Origin: Dipteris shenzhenensis
Lineage: Eukaryota
Assembly (NCBI GenBank): GCA_047967505.1
Contig: CM106538.1
Length of the DNA stretch: 64,000 nucleotides
Reading direction: 5' to 3' (one strand)
Below, piece by piece: positions 1-14,600 of this stretch. The notes beneath the pieces were generated by a model, which did not search any database, was not told the origin of the DNA, and saw only the letters and a list, made by a program, of their open reading frames with translations. The position numbers were made by a program, and so were the translations under genes. Every line of letters starts with the position of its first letter. Positions within the stretch are counted from its first letter, which is position 1.

Positions 1-2689
1 ACATTAAAAAGCTCGCCAAAAGATTTCCCCCTATCCAATACGTTCATAAGTTTGCATGTAGAAAATGGCCTAGAACATAGATAAAAAATGCAAGTTTAAA
101 TAAATCTATGTTCTAAATTCACTTTAAAAATTAAGTCAAAATGGAAAATATTATTTAACAATTTTTAGGAAATAGCACTAAATTTATTTATATATATTCT
201 AGCTCGATATAGCTACCTCTCCAGATCTGTTTTGATGTGCTCTCCCTTTATATGTAGTCGCTCTTGATGAATTTATTTTATGGTGGCCAAACTCATGTTT
301 GCACTTGTGGCCATCTCAACCGATTTGGAGTCCAATAGTGGGAAAGAATGTGTGCTCACATCCCATAGTGGTTAAATAACCTTAACAACCATTATAATCG
401 GGAGCATGTGTACGTTAGTTGCCAACATTGGGTATTCTAGGGTGTTCCAGTGTAACTCCTCCGTAGTAAGGAGCCATAGATCAAGATAAGACACAATGGT
501 GTTCTTTATTCTACGGTGCATTACCAAAATGGTGTCCAAGATAAGACCATTGACACGTGATATATTAAGGAAGTCAAATTTTGCTGCGTGGTATCGAATC
601 TACTGTGAAGTCTACATGACACAGGATATCTGTTGGACGTAGTTGATGGCAGCTGACGGGGATGAATGAAGGTGAATGTTGACTTCGGTCAGGCAAACAG
701 GATGGAACGCAGCTCGAGTAACTTGTAGCTCCGACGGTGACGATTCTTTATCTGTCGCACAGAAACGTGGAGGGAATGCAGGATAAATTTTCTTGCGAGA
801 TAAGTTTGAAAGAACTTTAACTTAGGAATGGGCTTGACATTGGAATTTGCTGTGACGAATTGCTTGGCTTTTAGGCTGGCTGCTGGAGACTGTTCAACGA
901 AAGAGAACGCCTAAAATTTTCACAACAGCGGCTGTCGCTTTTGGATGGGATGGCTACCTAATGATGTTGAAATCACTGCTGATCGGCACCACAAGAAACG
1001 TAGAATGGCAGTGAGATAGACGGAAATAATTCCGAACTGATTACGTCGGCATGTTGTCATCAACAGGATATCAACGAATGAGACTTTTTAGAGCAAAGTG
1101 TCCTATCGCAGACACCCATAACCGTAGAAGCTTTTGTAATGTTCAAACAAGGACTGCTTTGGCGATGGCCGTGGTTGCTGACGAGGATTGCTTTGTGTGA
1201 TGAGATTAATCTGGAGTTGGCGATTGTTCACGTCGAAAAGGATGGCTGATGGTGATTCTTGTTGACGGAGGTTTGAACGGTACATTCGTCTGTGTCATGA
1301 GTTCCGTAAGCAGACGCAAGCAAAAACATTATCACGGGTTATCCAGACACAAGCAAAAACTGTGCCACGTAGAAAGAGACCAGATTGAAATATTTCTAAG
1401 GGAAATTTTCATAATGATTGCATTTACCGAGAAAACCTGTTTTAACCCTTCCTTCCAAGGAGGGCTCGAGGAAAAACCAACCTCCCTTGTTGACACAATT
1501 TTTTACGGAGACAACTTCCTGGAGACTCCTATGGGTGAACTAAAAAACAACTTCTACCTGGTTTTTCACTGCCACTCTGATTTGCAATCAAGCCTTGATG
1601 ACACACGAATAGGCACTAACTCGCCTCCTAGGATAGATCGTTTTCTCCAATCTAGACCATGGCCTCAAGACACCAAGAACCAAAATGGATTCTTTGGGGT
1701 TGGAAAGCATGGAATGATGAGGTGTCGCCTTATCTCATCTCCTAAACAAATGAAATGATGCCATGTGTCCTCTCCCAACCTAAGCCATTCCTAGTTCTTT
1801 TGACTTTTAGAACACGGTGGGATGAGAATAGGATAGAAATGCTTTTAACGGTGGATAAGACCAATCTTTCCCATTCCCATTCTATTTAATGCTCACATGT
1901 GCCGAAACACCCTTTAGACTTACGTCATAGGAGGAAAGAATGGATTCTTTCCCTTCATGGCCTTCAAAGGCTTGGGGAGGCTTATGCCTCCTCCAAATCA
2001 GCTATTGGGCATCAATAAGCCATAGCTATAGTAGGCAGGTCACTTTTGACCTATTGTACGACAAAAAACTTGACCCAATGACTTTGAAGGATTGGGAAAA
2101 AGGACTAGGAGGTCTTGAGCATCACGATGCTATTTTGAGGCTATTTTCCTTAGTTCCCTCTATTTCTCATAGTTTCCCTCTATTTCTCCTATATTTTCCA
2201 ACCTCTTTCCAACATACGGTGGGCCCTCCTTTTCCTCTCCATGACAATAAGCATTAAGAACCTATTTTCAAAGAAGGGAAAACATATGGTATACAAAAGA
2301 AACCTCTGGCCATGAAGGAGGAGAGTTCTAACAAGCCAAAGCCTCATGGTTGGCCAGATAAGTTCTTTTGAGAATGGCAGTCAAAGAGAGCTTCAATGTT
2401 TACAAAGATGCTATCCTGCTATGCTTGGAGGGACTAGATGCTGTTGATACTCTTAACCAAGAGAATAACATGCTAAAACAGATGCAAATGGTGCAAACAA
2501 ACACGATGAAAGCATATGAGCTGGGATTACAAGAGTTACGTTTTAAAGCACAAATAACATTTGATCAGTTGCTAAATTTGGTTCCTATGCTACAAGGAAT
2601 AGTTGTTTCAAGGTTTGCAAGAGGATTAGTCTTCTATGCCACACAAAATGGTGAAACAGGAAGAGGAAGATATTGTTGAAATTTATACT

Positions 2690-3250
2690 GAGCTACTGTT
2701 GAAGATGTTGATTACAAAGTACCTACCATTGATATCAAATACAAGAGGCAACGAATCCCTAAGGTACTCATTTTTGTCCGGGGAACTATATGAAGCATTT
2801 TGTTCTAAAAGTTGATCCCAGCACCATTCCAAGTGAGAATGGCTAACCAAAGAAGGATACAATCATTGGGTATAATCAAAGACAAGAAATTAGCATATGG
2901 GGACTCACCTTTATAGTTAGTTTTGTGGTCCTCTGAATGGAAGAAAAAGATAGCTCTTACTCCATGATTTTGGTAATACCTGGGCTCAGAGCTGCAAAAG
3001 TCAAGCAAAATTGGGGGCTGAGAGGATTACTATAAGGAAAGGTAAGAAGAAATTGAAATTTTCCTTAACACCAAACAAAAGTATTCCTCGGCGTATGCAA
3101 CCATTGGAAGATGAAGGAGTAGATATGGTAGCTCAATTTGAGGAGGATGAGGAAGAATCCTTCTATGGTCTCTTTGTTTGAAGTGGATGTAGCAAGCATT
3201 TTGAAACAATACACAAATGGTAAGCACAAGTTTACTACTTCAGAATCGAC
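2690..3250 (+). pseudogene. Degraded Ty3/gypsy aspartic protease region
   Basis: Manual translation across stops and frameshifts gives PAPFQVRMANQRRIQSLGIIK and GLTFIVSFVVL*MEEKDSSYSMILVIPGLRAAKVKQNWG, resembling the gypsy protease C-terminal ILGRPWL motif. Boundaries approximate. Confidence 0.55.
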
Positions 3251-3939
3251 TGTGCAAAGGGATCAGGTAGATAATGTCAGATAGAAGTCGGATGCACTTC
3301 CTAACAAGTTAGAAAACCAGCAAACCAAGGAGTGGGTCAACGTTTGCTTGGGTGTAGCCAATCGCGAAATTATTTTCGAGGCCATTCTGGGGCCACGATG
3401 CGACACGTTAATGGGTGAGATTTTGAATTTTGCACGGACATGCACTCTCACCGGAAGTTTTTTTGGCACCATGATTGCCACACTAGCGTAATAATGAGAA
3501 ACAATCTTATCGTTATCGACAGCGCAGGGCTCGACACATGGCACTATATGCATTTACTCATGAGCACAGAGATTGTTGCTCTGCCTCTGGCCTTACTACA
3601 TCACATAGCCTTTGCCTTGTCATCTCTCATTGTGCATCTTTGCCATTCGTCACTGTGCAACACAATCTTTTGTTGTGTTGACCACTGTGCTGGTACGAGC
3701 GCAACCATATAGGCCTGACTACAACATAAAACTTTTGCCTTGCCACCTGTCATTTGCGCAGCTTCGCCATCTATTACTGCGTAACACAATCTTTTGTTGC
3801 GCTGACCACCTTGCTGGTTTGAGCAATGATGTTAGCATGGAGAGACCACCACATTGGCATGAAGACCACCGTGGCATGTCAATCTCTAAAGGGGTCCCCT
3901 CAAGGTCCATATCCACAACCACCATGCTGGATGTTGGAG

Positions 3940-4400
3940 CGTGACTTTAGTTCTAAACCAAGGAAAATGGTGTTATTTTAGTCATATTACTCCTTGTGCA
4001 ACAATTTCTCAACCACCACACACGTTCTTGGAGCTATTTTAGTTCCAGGCTAAGGAAAATGTAGACATTTGCAATTTATGATAATTTCCTTGCAATCACC
4101 GTGCTAGTTATTAGAGCTATTATAGTTCTAAACCACCGCACTGGCTATTGGAGTTATTATAGTTCTAAACCAAGGAAAATATACTCCTTTTTTGAAGTTA
4201 CCTTGCAACCACTATGCTGGTTATTGGAGTTATTATAGTTCTAAACCACTGCAGTGGCTATTGGAGTTATTATAGTACTAAACCAAGGAAAATATACTCC
4301 TATTTTGAAGCTATTTCAGTCCTACTAATTCTTGTGCAACAATTTCTACTAGTTCTTGGAGCTATTTTAGTTCCAAGCTAAGGAAAATGTTGTTTCATTT
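3940..4400. repeat. Degenerate tandem repeats (ttggagttattatagttctaaaccaaggaaaat-like)
   Basis: Motif recurs about 7 times with variable spacers. Confidence 0.7.
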
Positions 4401-5039
4401 TAGAGCTCTTTTAGTCCTTCTGCAACAATTCCTTGTATAGCAATCACATTGGTTGCACTAGTTGTAGTAAATCTGAAACGAGGGCATTTGTGAACCATTT
4501 TCACTACAATAACAACAGTTTTTTCAACAATTTCTTGTGCAACGGTCCCTATGGTTGTAGTAAAATGAGGGAAAAAATATGCCATTTGCGCTTCTTTAGA
4601 GCCACTTTCACTACCGAAGTAACAACAATAATAGTTTTGGCGATAATGGTACTACATTAAAATGGAAACAAAATAAATTACATCCGATAGTTTTTGTGAT
4701 AATAGTATTACATCAAAATTGAAACAAAATAAATTACATGTGAAGAGCAAACATTTAACAAAACAGATTACATACAAAGATGCTAGCACTTTGTCTTTGT
4801 GACACTTCTTTTAACACATTTAGCACTTGTCAACACCACTGCTATGGTGGCAGGACCGGGTGTCACTTTTTGCTCTTATTAGCACTTTCTTATACTTTTG
4901 ATTTGGTGCCTCATATGTAGGGGACAATACGAGCACCTTGTAGTGCTATCATAGTAGGTAGGACTTTCATAGAATTTTGACCCAAAACTCCTTGTATGTA
5001 GGAGATAATACAAGTACCTTGTAATTGAACATAACCTTT

Positions 5040-5680
5040 TTCATAGCAACTTCTTTCAAGGCACTAGAAGAGGGAGCTCAACTTGGCGGTGAGCTCAATT
5101 GAGCACAACATTTGACAGCAGGCAAGGAACTCCATCTAGTGGTGGTGAGCTCTAGCACACTGACGCATGCTCTCAGTTTGTTAAAGCCAATCAAGTTGAG
5201 TTCTCCTTCCCTAGTGCTTGAAAGGTTGTGCTCAATTACGAGAGGCTCATCACCAAGTTGAGTTCTCCACCAGTGTTGCTTGACGGAACAATGATGACCC
5301 ATTTCCCTTGGCTCCCCATCCTGCAACTCCCTTGGTTATGAGGTTTTTCTTTCAAGACTTTCAAGGAACTGCCTTCTTCATAGCAACTTGTTTCAAGGAA
5401 CTGGTAGAGAGAACTCAACTTGGCAGTGAGCTCAATCAAGCACAACATTCAATGGTGGACAAGGAACTCAATTTGGTGGTGACCTCTAGCACACTAACGT
5501 ATGCTCTCAATGTGTTATAGCTTATCGACCAAGTTGAGTTCTCCTTCCCCAGACTTGCCGAAGGTTGTGTGTTGAATTACGAGAGTCTCATCACCAATTG
5601 AGTTCTCTACCAATGCCTGACGAAACAACGATGGCCCATTTCCCTTGGCTCCCCACCCTGCAACTCCCTTGATCATGGCT
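5040..5680. repeat. Tandem duplication, unit ~337 bp
   Basis: tcatagcaactt..tcaagg..ctcaacttggc.gtgagctcaa starts at 5041 and again at 5378, and similarity continues through atttcccttggctcccc. Confidence 0.75.
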
Positions 5681-6379
5681 ATGGCTAGTGGAGTGTTGCG
5701 GGATGGAGAGCCAAGGCAAACAATGGATCCCATAACTTGGGTAGCATTATGAAGGGGCATTGAGGTTGCAGCAGAAGATTCATCATAGGGGCATGCAGAG
5801 AACATGGAAGGGGGTAGGAGAGGGATTTTCCTAGGTGCGATGAATTGTTTCTCTACCCTTAAGGCCTTTATATAACTAAACTTGCTGCCCTTCCACTCTT
5901 TTTCCCTTCATTTCTTATGTTAGTTTGTGTGACTCTAGGTGCCTATCGCTGCTAAGAGCACACAATCCACCCGCTAGATTTTGCTAGTAGCACAGCCTAG
6001 TGTAGGTAGTCATCTACATCATCTTCTAGCCATCACAGGTGATCATCGAAGCCAAGATCATGATAGTTGAATGGGATGAGGGGGGAGGAGCAGTGTCACA
6101 TGCACCAGCTTGCTGGTAGCCTAGCCTAGGCAGTCATTTACATCATCGTCTAGCCATGACGTGCGATTAGATGGTTGCCATGGGAGAATTGCTTGGTCAT
6201 TGGAGCCAAGGTCATAATAATTCAATGGGATGAGGGGGGAGGAGTGGTGGTACATACACCCAGCTTGTTGGTAGCCCAACCTAGCATAGGCAGTCGTATA
6301 CATCATTGTTTAGCCACGGCATGCAATTAGATGGTTGCCATGTGGGAATTTCTCAATCATTGGAAAATTCTAATAGTCT

Positions 6380-6860
6380 GATATGTTCTTACAATCTATC
6401 TCCAATTTAATGCTAATTTGAGCATGCAAATTAGATGGTCCCTCATGAAAAGTCATTGTTATTATAGTCTGATTCGGACTCAATGTTAATCTAGGCCTGT
6501 GAACTAGATGGCCCCTCATGCAAAGTCATTGTTATTACAGTCAACTGAAGAAAGGCAAGATCAAAGCAAGACATCAGATTAGCATTGAGTCGGTTCATGA
6601 GGTTGTAATAACAATAGTTCTCATTCTAAACTATTGTTATTATAACCTGATGATCCGACTGAATGCTAATTTAAGCTTATGAACTAGATGGTCCCCCATG
6701 CAAAGTCATTGTTATTACAGTCTGATTCTGACTCAATGCTAATCTAATCCTGTGAATTAGATGGTCCCTCATGCACAATCATTGTCATTACAGTTTGATT
6801 CTGACTGAATGCTAATCTGAACCTATGAATTAGATGGTTCCTCATGCATAGTCATTGTCA
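6380..6860. repeat. Short tandem repeat array (tagatggtccctcatgcaaagtcattgttattacagt...) containing one inverted copy
   Basis: About 5 direct copies. 6576-6619 is the near reverse complement of 6629-6672. Confidence 0.75.
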
Positions 6861-9249
6861 ATAAAACAAGCTCAGTGGTTGTTTGGAATTAGTATACTAT
6901 TTGGGATTTACTAAAACAAGTGCTATGGATTAGTATACTATTTGGGATTTACTAAAACAAGTGCTATGGTTGTTTGGGATCTACTAAAGGTAATATTTTG
7001 TGGGGGTTGCAGTTAATCATAAAGCAACAAAAATGCATTTCATTGCTATTGCCTACCTCCTCTAGCCAGTGCCTACCTCCTCTAGCCTTAACATCATACC
7101 ACTAACTTGTCATATTAATCAATGTAATGTGTGGTGAATCTATCGGTGCATGGTCTTCAAAGATTGCAAAGATCTCACTAGATTACATCATTGAGCATGT
7201 CAAGATGGCTTGATTTGACATATTAGAATATGTGAACAATTATAGCTTGGATAGCAGTAGAGCAAACTAGTTAAAAAACCCGACAGGTCTTAAGTGAAGG
7301 AACAATAGAGGAAGAGAGATGGAAAGCCACAGAGGCAATGACATTTTTCCTGCCGCTTTTCTTGAGCTTGATGAAGCCATTTCGCAAGGGGTCCCTCGAC
7401 AACCCAAGATTGTTGTAGATGAGATTGATCACTTGGAGGATATGATGGAGAGGACGAAGACCATGCACATTGCCAAGACTCAGATTATAGCCCCCCCAGC
7501 AAGTCAAGAGTACTGTGCTCTGAAAATATTGAGGCCTTCATTGACATCTAGGGGGAACCCATACATCACAGCCATAAGGAGGCCCTTTATGAGCATGTTA
7601 TCTAAGGTTATGACATCCAAATGTGTGGTGAATCACCTGTGGGAATGAAGGGTCTCCACTAGTGCTAGCATTTCTACTCCAGGTGAGTGAAATGCAATCA
7701 CCTTATATGAGAAGGAAGATATTATTGGGATCACAGAGTATCGAGGGGGGGTGGTACTAGGCATGCTGAAGATGAGTGGGTGACTCGGGGGGGTCACTCA
7801 TCATATGTAACCCTATCACGTGAGTTCAACAGAAGGATATTTTTTATTTCTAAAATTTACAGAAATAAATATACATAAGGGACTATTAAAAATAGTTTCT
7901 AAAAAAATTTACAGATTTGTATAGAAAAGGGGTACATTTTATTAATGAAAAAATTACTGATAAGGGATTTTAATAAATAGGCCTTGAACGCACGTGATAT
8001 AGAGGGTTTTTACATAGTGACCCCCCTGAGGTGGGTGAGCAGCAGATGAGTAGGGGAGTAGATGCAGTGATGAAAGTTGGAGGAGAGAGTGCGGCAAAGT
8101 AGAGCAAGGACAAAAAAGAGCTAGAGGAGGGGTGTGGAGCAAAGTATCAAAGCATGGGCAGATGAGAGCAACGTAGTAAAATGCCAAATGCCATGAATCT
8201 TATATATATATTATAAAGTTTGAGCCACCATGGTGGCTGGAGCCCGGGGTTCCATCCATATTAATTGCAAGTCAGTGTGGTGGAATCCCCTAGACAGGCT
8301 GGTAATCATGAAGAAGACACCATGTGGTGCCACTTCGGTGGCTAGTAAAATTAAGTGCTAGCCTGGTGGAATCTTAGCCACGGTAGACATGGCTGATGAG
8401 AGCCACCACCATCAGGCAGTAATTCTCATTACCATGTCTAGTCACTCATTACCATGCACTCTAGTTCTCTACTGAGCATGTGAGCCCAGTGACTGGTAAT
8501 TTTTACTACACTGATAGTGATCATGCATGCTAACTCCATGCTAAAGCGCGGTGGTCGGTGAGCAATGGCATGATGGTATCATAGCCATGACAGACGTGGC
8601 TGATGACAACCACCACCATCAGGTAGTAATTTTCACAAAAGTAAATCATGAAGCCTAATCACATCTAATCCCTCATTACCATAATTTACTACACTCTTAG
8701 TAATCATGCATGCAAGCCCGATGGTGGTAATTGAAAGCTGAGTAATTGCAGGCCACTGCCGTGGCTGGTAATTAACTGATAGCCTGATGGATCTTAGCTA
8801 CCACCACAAATGTGGCTGGGAATCTTAGATGCCACCACCTCTAATCATGCATTACCATGCAAGTCAGTACTGCCCCCTTGAATTATTTGAAATTCAGGCC
8901 AACCATCATAGTGGCTCTCACCTTGATAGTAATCAGGCTATAACCACCATGGTGGCTCTCACCTTAACAGTGTAGTTAGGCTACAAACCACTATTCCATT
9001 CCCTTAACCATTTCCTTTTCTATCCCTCTTGAACGTTTTGTTTTATCTTTCAATCTCAAGCCTCCACTATTCCATTTCTTTCACTGCTTCATCTTCTATC
9101 CCTCTCGACCATTTCTTGCACTCGTCCTACAACTTCTATCCCCTCTCGTATTGGACCTTGCATAGCAGTCTGGGAGCTCCTCATACAATCTATCCTCCCC
9201 CTCTGTAGCAAAGAGCAAGAGCCTTTCCTCCTCTAATCTTGAAATCGTG

Positions 9250-10700
9250 ACATATGGGAGCTCCTCTCTTACTATTCAAAAGCCCAATTTGGATGCTCTC
9301 CAAAACTTCACTAGGATGGTGCAAGAGGTGAACGTGAAGGAGGGACAACTAGTCTGTCAAGTTCAAAAAATTACCATCAATGAAAGCGTGATTGAAAAGG
9401 CTCTATGAATTTTCGGAGGCAGTTCGCAAGCACACTTTTTTGAGAAGCAGTGGAAGAGACAAGATATTCTAGGCATATACCCCAACGCTCAAATTACTAA
9501 AGATGGTGGAGTCAAGATTTTGAGCTTATCAATAGACCTCCAAGATGTGCTGAAGAAGACCAATACGAGAGGATTTTGCAAGTTCTGACATGTTCAAACA
9601 ATAGTAGAGAACTGAAATGATGTGATGTATCTTCCTCAAGGGCGATCTCAAGAGTGTGTTAACCAACCTAAAGAATTGCATGGATGGCAAATCCCAATTG
9701 TCATCTCAGCCCATTGGAGTTGCAATGCACCTGATGGCATCTACCCTCAAAGGGAGTTCTGAGCAATACGAGAAACATATGTCTCAGAAGGTGACTTTTC
9801 TACAAGAGAAAGCCACCGATGCAGCAAAGGAAATGCAACTTGAGAAAAGTCTCAAGGAAGGTGTAGAAGCCAAGGTAGAGAAGGCACAAGTGAGGGCCTT
9901 GCAAGCACAAGAGCAAGTTGAGGCCGCTACAAAATTAGTCGACATGGATAAGCATAGAAGAGAAGAAGTAGAGAAGTGCATGAAGGAGCTTTGAGATAGG
10001 CTCAAAGAAGTGAGAAATGACAAGGACATGGTGGACAAGGAGCTAGAAAAGATGCGAAAGAACCTTGAAGATTAGAGCCAAAAAGGAGGGCCTTTACAAA
10101 TGGCTTTGCAACATGTAAAATGCATTGAACATTGAAAAAGACCAGATGATGGAGGAACTGAAAAGGGAGAATGCAGAAACCAGAAAGGTGATGCAGGAGC
10201 TGCAAGAGAGCTTCAAGGCCAGGAAGGATGGGGCAAAGAGTAGGCAAGGTGGAGAAGACAATGAGGCAGCTCCCCAAGCTAGGAAGGATATAGAGAGCAG
10301 CCATGATGGAGCAAGTTCCAGCCACCATGGTGGAGATAGTTCCAGCCATAGTGGTGGAGCAATTTGCAACAACCACGGTGAGGGTTTTTTTTTCAAAACA
10401 CCATTGGAAGTCTAAAGAGCAAGCTACAAGACCTTGCAATAAGATCAAGATAGATGTTTGCACGAGCTTGTCATGGCTTTCAACAGTTATGAAAAGTAGT
10501 CTGTCATCCTGCGAGATTTCCAAACTAGAGTGGAAGTCTTGGAAATGGCCCATTTTGATGTTTTTGAGCAATTTGAGCAACTTCAACAGATGCTGAGGGA
10601 TTCAGATGAAGTTGTTGCACAGAGTGAGAGAAGAGTGGAGGAGATGAAGGAGAATACTTTTAGCCTTAGGATGAGGGAGAAAGGAATCAAGTAGCAAGCT
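9250..10700 (+). pseudogene. Decayed ORF with coiled-coil segments, possibly an accessory ORF of a gypsy-type element
   Basis: Fragments such as QVQKITINESVIEKAL*, plus E/K-rich ORFs 9656-9994 and 10125-10415. Family assignment is weak inference. Confidence 0.3.
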
Positions 10701-10769
10701 CGTCATGTACAGAGCAAGAATGTGGTATTGACGGCTGCAATAGTTAAATCCTGTTCGTAGGGTTGTTAC

Positions 10770-11110
10770 TGTTGAGATATCGAGCTCCACTCGTGATATG
10801 CCAGGGTGACTATTGTGCATTTATGTCACCGACTTGTTAGTTGCAAATGTAGTTGGTACACCGCCCATGAATAATAGCTAGATGACAACTATCTTTATGT
10901 ACTCTGGTTAGTGGCTTAGTTAGTATGCCACCTTAGTTAGCTGCATTTGGTTTGAGACCCACATATAGGGTTCACCTATTCTTTTGTACTTAGAGTTCTT
11001 TTGGCTTTCACAACTAAGAAGAGGAAAACTGTTTTCAGCCTCCACCTTTGTGTATATTTCCCCATTGTGTATGTGAGAAAGCTACAAGTGAGATTCCATC
11101 CTCTCCCAGA
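10770..11110 (+). repeat. 5' LTR of copia A1
   Basis: Homologous to the other family A LTRs and followed by the PBS. Confidence 0.9.
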
Positions 11111-11122
11111 TGGTATCAAAGC
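11111..11122 (+). promoter_or_regulatory. Primer-binding site (tRNA-iMet type) of A1
   Basis: tggtatcaaagc, one mismatch from TGGTATCAGAGC. Confidence 0.85.
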
Positions 11123-11604
11123 TCGGTTCATGGTAAGGAGATCAAGAAAGCAAACCAAGATCACAGTGTCCTAGTAAGAGGATCAGTGTTGCTTTCCTTT
11201 TTTTCAAGTTTGGGAGCAAATCTCTACAAGTAGCATAGCCGGAAAGTGCAAGAGTGCACTGTCTCATATTGGGATGCCCTTCGTGATGTGGTGAGAGGGT
11301 AGTATATGCTACGAGCCCATTTTGGTGGTGGAAGTTTTCCGCAGGCACTCAGGAAAGTGCCTTGTTCTTGCTATGCGACCACTGTTCTACAGATGGGTGA
11401 AAAGTTATCATAGAAATTACATCGTATGCCTATGCACAGAGATATTGGGAGTGATAGAATCATTCTTATTGCCTGTTGATGCATAATCATCACTAGGAAG
11501 TGACTGTGTGGTCAAATACCACTTTCGTCACTTTTGCAGATTTGCCCTTATGAGGTAGAAGTTGTGTTTTTTTGTAGTGACAGAATATTTTGCAGTGTTT
11601 TGTA

Positions 11605-14600
11605 ATGGCATCTAATGCTCTTTCACAAATTGTCACTGAAAAGCTTGACAAGAACAACTTCCAGGCATGGAAGTTTAGAATGACGAATTTCCTTATGGGA
11701 AAAGGCTATTGGGAGTTCACTACAGGAAATGAAGAAGAACCAATTCTTCCTAATGTTCCCAATCAACAAGAAATTCAGGCATTTAAAGGATGGCATGAGA
11801 GAGCCAAAAAAGTTATGTACTGGCTATCTATCAGTACTTTAGATTCTATGATTGTGCATATTCAGGATGCAAGTATGCCAAAGGAGGCATGGGATACTTT
11901 GGCAAAAATATATAGCACAAATATGCAAGCCAGGAAAATGCAGCTCAAGCAAGAGTTGCATAATGTGCAAAGAGAAAATATGAGCATCAATGACTACCAC
12001 ATGAAGGTGAAGAAGATTGCAGATGCACTTGCTTCTATTGGGTTGCCAGTGGAAGATGATGATTTAGTTTTTGTGACCTTGAATGGTCTAGGAAAGGATT
12101 ATTCACAATTCTGGACATCCATTGCCGTCCGTGAGAATTTTCCTAATTTTGAGGAGTTGATTGCTCTTCTAATTTCTAAAGAGCGCAAAAATGGTGGTGC
12201 ATCTTCTTCAAGAGGAACTTCAAAAGAAGTTGTCTTCTACTCAAATCCTAGAAGAGGTAGAGGCAAAGATAGAGCAGGCCGATTTGGAGGCCGTGGCAGA
12301 AATCAGAATACGCTACAAATTCAAGAAAACCAGTCCTATGGAGGAGGACGTGGTAACTTTAGAGGTAGGGGGAGCCAAAGAGGTCATGGTGGATGGCAGA
12401 GAGGCCAAAATACAAGCAACAATGTTGAATGCTACTACTATGGTAAAATGGGTCATATGGTTAATGATTGCTATAAAAAGCAGAATGACATCATGACTAG
12501 AAAATTGCAGCAAGGCAATTATGGAGCCTCTAGTAGACAGGGTGATGACAGAAATGAGCATCTGTTTATGATGCATCACATGACCAATTCTGTGACAACT
12601 GTAGAAGAACGCAATGATGTGTCGTATGTTGACTCAGGTGCATCAAACCACATGACAGGTCATGCAGAATGGATACAGGATGCAAGGAAAATGGAAAGAC
12701 CAGGATTTGTGGAGACTGATGATGATACTGCACATCCTATTGTGCAGATTCATAAAATTCCTTTGTCTATGCAGGATGGAAAAAAGAAATACTTCTCTGA
12801 TGTATTTCATGTTCCGAATATCACCAAGAACCTAGTTTCTATTGGTCAAATGGTTGAGCAGGGCTTGCAGGTCAAATTTAATCCTCATGGATGCTTTGTT
12901 GAGGATATGAAAAATAAAGGTTGCTTGATAGCAAAAGGGAAGAAGAAGGGAAGGATGTTTACATTGGATGCGGACATGCCTGAATTGAGTGCAGCAATGT
13001 TTGCACATGGGACCGATGTAGACGTTGTAGATATTGATATCTGGCATAAACGCATTGGTCATGTTAATGTATAGCGACTTAAATTAATGCAAGCCCAAAA
13101 TATTGTTGCAGGATTGCCTAAGTTCAAGGTTGCAGAAATGCATAAGGTATGTGAAGTCTGTCAATTTGGAAAGCAGGCAAGGAAACCATTTCCTAGACAT
13201 GTTCAAGAGAGTAAGAGGCCTTTGGAATTAGTCCACTCTGATGTGTGGACTACTAAAGCTGCATCTATTGGAGGTTGTCATTATTTTGTCACTTTTATTG
13301 ATGACTACAACAGAAAAGTTTGGGTGTATTTTATGAAAGAGAAAAGTGACGTGTTTGGGCATTTCAAAGCTTTTAAAGCTATGGTTGAAAAAGAAACAGG
13401 CTTGCAAATAAAATGCCTAAGGTCAGATGGAGGAGGAGAATACCTCTCAAATGAGTTTTCAAGTTTCCTATAGGAGCATGGCATAAAGCAGCAATATTCA
13501 TGCAGTTATACCCGATAGCAAAATGGACTTGCAGAAAGAAAAAACAGGCATATTGGAAAGGCATCTCGTGCCATGCTCAACGAAAAAGACCTACCAGATT
13601 ATTATTGGGCTGAAGCAGTTGCTACAGTAGTCTACATAATGAACATGACTCCCACTACAGCAATACATGGCATGATGCCTAAGGAGAGGTATACTAGTAG
13701 GAAACCAAATATTTCTCATTTGAAAGTTTTTGGTTGCATTGCCTATGTTCATGTGCCAAATGAGTTGAGATCCAAGTTGGATCCAAAAGCTGAGAAGTGC
13801 ATCTTTATTGGTTATTCTCTGCAGCAGAAAGGGTATAGATGCTATAACCCTTCTAATGTAAGTATACAGTGATGAGCAGAGGATGTTGTTTTTTATGAGA
13901 TGAGCAGCTAGTATAAACCAGTAAATGTGATTGATGATGTCATTGCACAAAATGGTAATGCTGCATAGAATTCACACCAGTAATCACAAAATATTAGTGG
14001 ACCTATAGTGTCCTCTAGCAGTGGTTCACATACGTCACCATGGACAGGCAGATTGAGATCAGGAGGATCTCCTCAAAGCAATGTAGATAGTGGTATGAAA
14101 GTATCATGAAAAGGAAAAGAGAAAGTAGATCAGCCCATGGTTGATGTGAATGTAGGTCACTCTTATGTGGATGGTAAATCCAGTGGCTCAGAACAGAGCC
14201 TTGATGATGAGTTGGGTATTCCTTCTATTGTTACACCTAGAGTAAGGAAGACAAGGGATGTTTTGAGAGCACCTGGTAGCGAGACTATTTTGTGTAGGTC
14301 TATTAGAGCTAGGTATCCTATGGATAGGCTGAAATATGATGGATTTACAGCCATTCACTATGCCTATATGGTCAAACTGATACATGAGCTAGAACCCACT
14401 TCTTTTGAGTAAGCCATAGGAAAAGAAAAATGGGAGAAAGCCATGGATGAAGAAATGGATGCCTTGGAAGCAAATCCTACATGGGAATTGGTGCCTTTGC
14501 CTAAAGACAAGAATACAATTGGCTGCAAGTGGGTTTATAAGGTGAAGCACAATGCAGATGGTTCTGTGAACAGATACAAGGGAAGATTAGTTGTCAAAGG

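Noticed and set aside
1249-2679. ORFs 1249-1758, 1940-2257 and 2368-2679 as host genes
   Set aside because: No recognisable motifs. They lie upstream of a gypsy protease remnant and are probably element-derived.
7783-8030. ~15-bp inverted repeat (ctcgggggggtcact / agtgacccccctgag) around an AT-rich core as a MITE
   Set aside because: Short and imperfect, no clear TSD, and only one copy in the window.
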